Assembly: GCA_965217895.1 (NCBI GenBank)
Contig: CBDCJV010000002.1
Location: 5,120,001-5,184,000 of the forward strand
Length of the DNA stretch: 64,000 nucleotides
Reading direction: 5' to 3'
Origin: Waterburya sp.
Lineage (GTDB): Bacteria; Cyanobacteriota; Cyanobacteriia; Cyanobacteriales; Xenococcaceae
Shown piece after piece: positions 62,205 through 64,000 of this stretch. The position numbers were made by a program, and so were the translations under genes. The number at the start of each line of letters is the position of its first letter. Position 1 is the first letter of the stretch. A model generated the notes under the pieces. That model ran no database searches. It was not told where the DNA came from and saw nothing but the letters and a program-made list of their open reading frames with translations.

Positions 62205-62786
62205 TTAAACTTCAGCAAACTCAATATTTTCATACAGATCGGCAATTTTAAGCTGTATATCTACCGAATTTAAAGTCAACTTTACTTGAGGATCTGTGTA
62301 TTCAGATAGCAACCATTGATTAGCAGCAGTTCTAACGTAATGTTCGACATGAATCCGATATTGGTCAATCAAAATATACTCCTGAAAAGTCTCAATGGTT
62401 CGATAGGCGATGAATTTTTCACTGCGATCGTAATCTTTGGTCGATTTTAATAATACTTCCGCTATTAGACAAGGATTCATTACCGTATCGGTTCTTCTTT
62501 CCTGAAGCTGAATCGGTTGTTCTAAAACCATAATATCGGGATAAGTATATAGATTGCGTTCAGGAATCCAAAGACGCTGATCTGTAAAGAAAGTTTCATA
62601 TGGCTGTTGCTTAAAAGCAAGTTCAAGAGCAATCAGTAAATTACGGCAAATTCTATTGTGGTTTGGTGTACCCCCTGTCATTAACCTTATTTCTCCATTG
62701 TTGAACTCATGGCGTTCTTTTGAACCTAACTCAAATTCAAAATACTCTTTGGTTGTATAAGTCTTTTTTTCAAGTGCTTGTGTCAT
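62205..62786 (-). CDS. Uma2 family endonuclease
   Basis: MTGGTPNHN, YTYPD, NPCLIAEVL..ST..YDR..KF..YR, EYILIDQ. Confidence 0.9.
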   Translation of the reverse strand: MTQALEKKTYTTKEYFEFELGSKERHEFNNGEIRLMTGGTPNHNRICRNLLIALELAFKQQPYETFFTDQRLWIPERNLYTYPDIMVLEQPIQLQERRTDTVMNPCLIAEVLLKSTKDYDRSEKFIAYRTIETFQEYILIDQYRIHVEHYVRTAANQWLLSEYTDPQVKLTLNSVDIQLKIADLYENIEFAEV

Positions 62787-62816
62787 TTCATTTAGTGTTC
62801 AACATCATAAATAATT

Positions 62817-64000
62817 ATGTTTACCCTGTTTTATCGCAACAGTCGCTTACTAATCCTCACTATTATCTTAATCTGCGTTTGGGGTATCTCTTCTTATTTT
62901 GCGTTACCCAAATTAGAAGATCCAGAATTAGTATCTCGTAATGCTGTAGTCAAGACTTTTTTACCTGGTGCTGATTCCGCCAGAATTGAGGCATTAATTA
63001 CAGATAAGATTGAAAATAAGCTGACAGAAATAGAAGAAATAAAGGACTATGAATCGACCTCTATTTCTGGTAAGTTCGATTATTAATATTGAGTTACTAG
63101 ACAGCGTGCAAAAAGAAGAGGTAGAGGGGATTTGGTCGCGGGTACAAAATAAAATTGATGAGGTTAAGCCAGAGTTACCCGCAGATGCTAGTCAACCAGA
63201 ATTAGAAAAGCTCAAAATTAAAGCTTATGCTCTAATTACAGCTTTAACCTGGCAACAGGACAATCGCCCCAACTATGGAATTTTAGATCGTCAAGTGGAA
63301 GTCTTAAAAGATCGTATTCAAGGTATTGTAGGAACAGAAGAAGTTGAACTATTTGGCGATCGCCCAGAAGAAATTCTTGTGGAAATTAACCAGGAAGCGA
63401 TCGCTAGTTACAACCTCACCGCAGCCGATATTTCCCCGCAGCAGATCGCGATCAGTTACAGATTCAGTTAGGGCTACCCGCAGCAACTTCCATCGCCCAA
63501 ACCCAAGTCGTAACTAAACAAATACGCGATCGCCTGTTACTCTATGAAAATATTACTGATGTCTACTAATTTATTGGTAGAAGTGCGCCTCGATTTTATT
63601 ACAACGTAGCGGGAAGCAGGGAACAAGAAGCTAATTATGCTCAAGCTATAGTTCAGCTAGATACTCTAGCTAAGAGCGATCTAGCCAAGAAAATGCAAGG
63701 TGAATTTAGAGAGTAACTTTCCTACTGCTCGTATTTTAGTCCGACAGTTAGAACAAGAACCGCCTTTTGATGCGCCAGTGGAAATGCGAATCTCTGGTTC
63801 GGACTTGAATATATTACAGCAACTAGGGGAAGAAGCCAGAAGTTTGTTATTAGGTGTAGATAAAATAACTCATACCCGCGCTAGTTTGGCTGAAATCAGA
63901 CAGATGAAGAAGAAGTTCGTTTAGCTGGCTTAGATCGTAGTGCGATCGCCCAACAGTTAGATTCTGATTTGGAAGGGGCAACTGGAGGATCTATTCTAGA
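62817..64000 (+). pseudogene. Degraded RND permease (frameshifts, stops, large internal deletion)
   Basis: Fragments match 14021..17206 (FYRN.RLLILT, EDPEL.SR, APRFYYN, PPFDAPVEMRI); the region from the first porter loop to the second is missing. Confidence 0.88.

Larger units (their letters stand above)
1..64000. repeat. HIP1 octamer GCGATCGC, highly iterated
   Basis: Dozens of copies (e.g. 1171, 2102, 2363, 2473); none seen in 27750-36619. Confidence 0.95.

Overview
Cyanobacterial chromosomal segment. The HIP1 octamer GCGATCGC is frequent and ndhL, trpA, gshB-grxC, ylqF and glsF are present; a Pleurocapsales-like host is only an inference. Housekeeping genes flank a mosaic accessory region. 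(1) A Tn3 transposase has truncated a group II intron. (2) A PsrA-like TetR / RND efflux / glutaredoxin-AhpD fusion / FAD monooxygenase cluster shares candidate operators. (3) An IS701, a second IS and a Uma2 gene are interrupted by small hairpin insertions. (4) An ~8.87 kb element (27750-36619) in which I saw no HIP1 sites encodes three coupled tyrosine recombinases, a TnpC-like protein, a DnaB helicase and a GHKL-ATPase/nuclease. It sits at a duplicated TTAA inside a four-helix-bundle gene, and its excision would restore that gene exactly. (5) There is a full-length plant-type methionine S-methyltransferase. (6) A two-component island (PepSY, Rieske, carbonic anhydrase, VIT1, aquaporin) carries a shared 32-bp promoter box. 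All family calls come from motif recognition by eye; no database searches were run.
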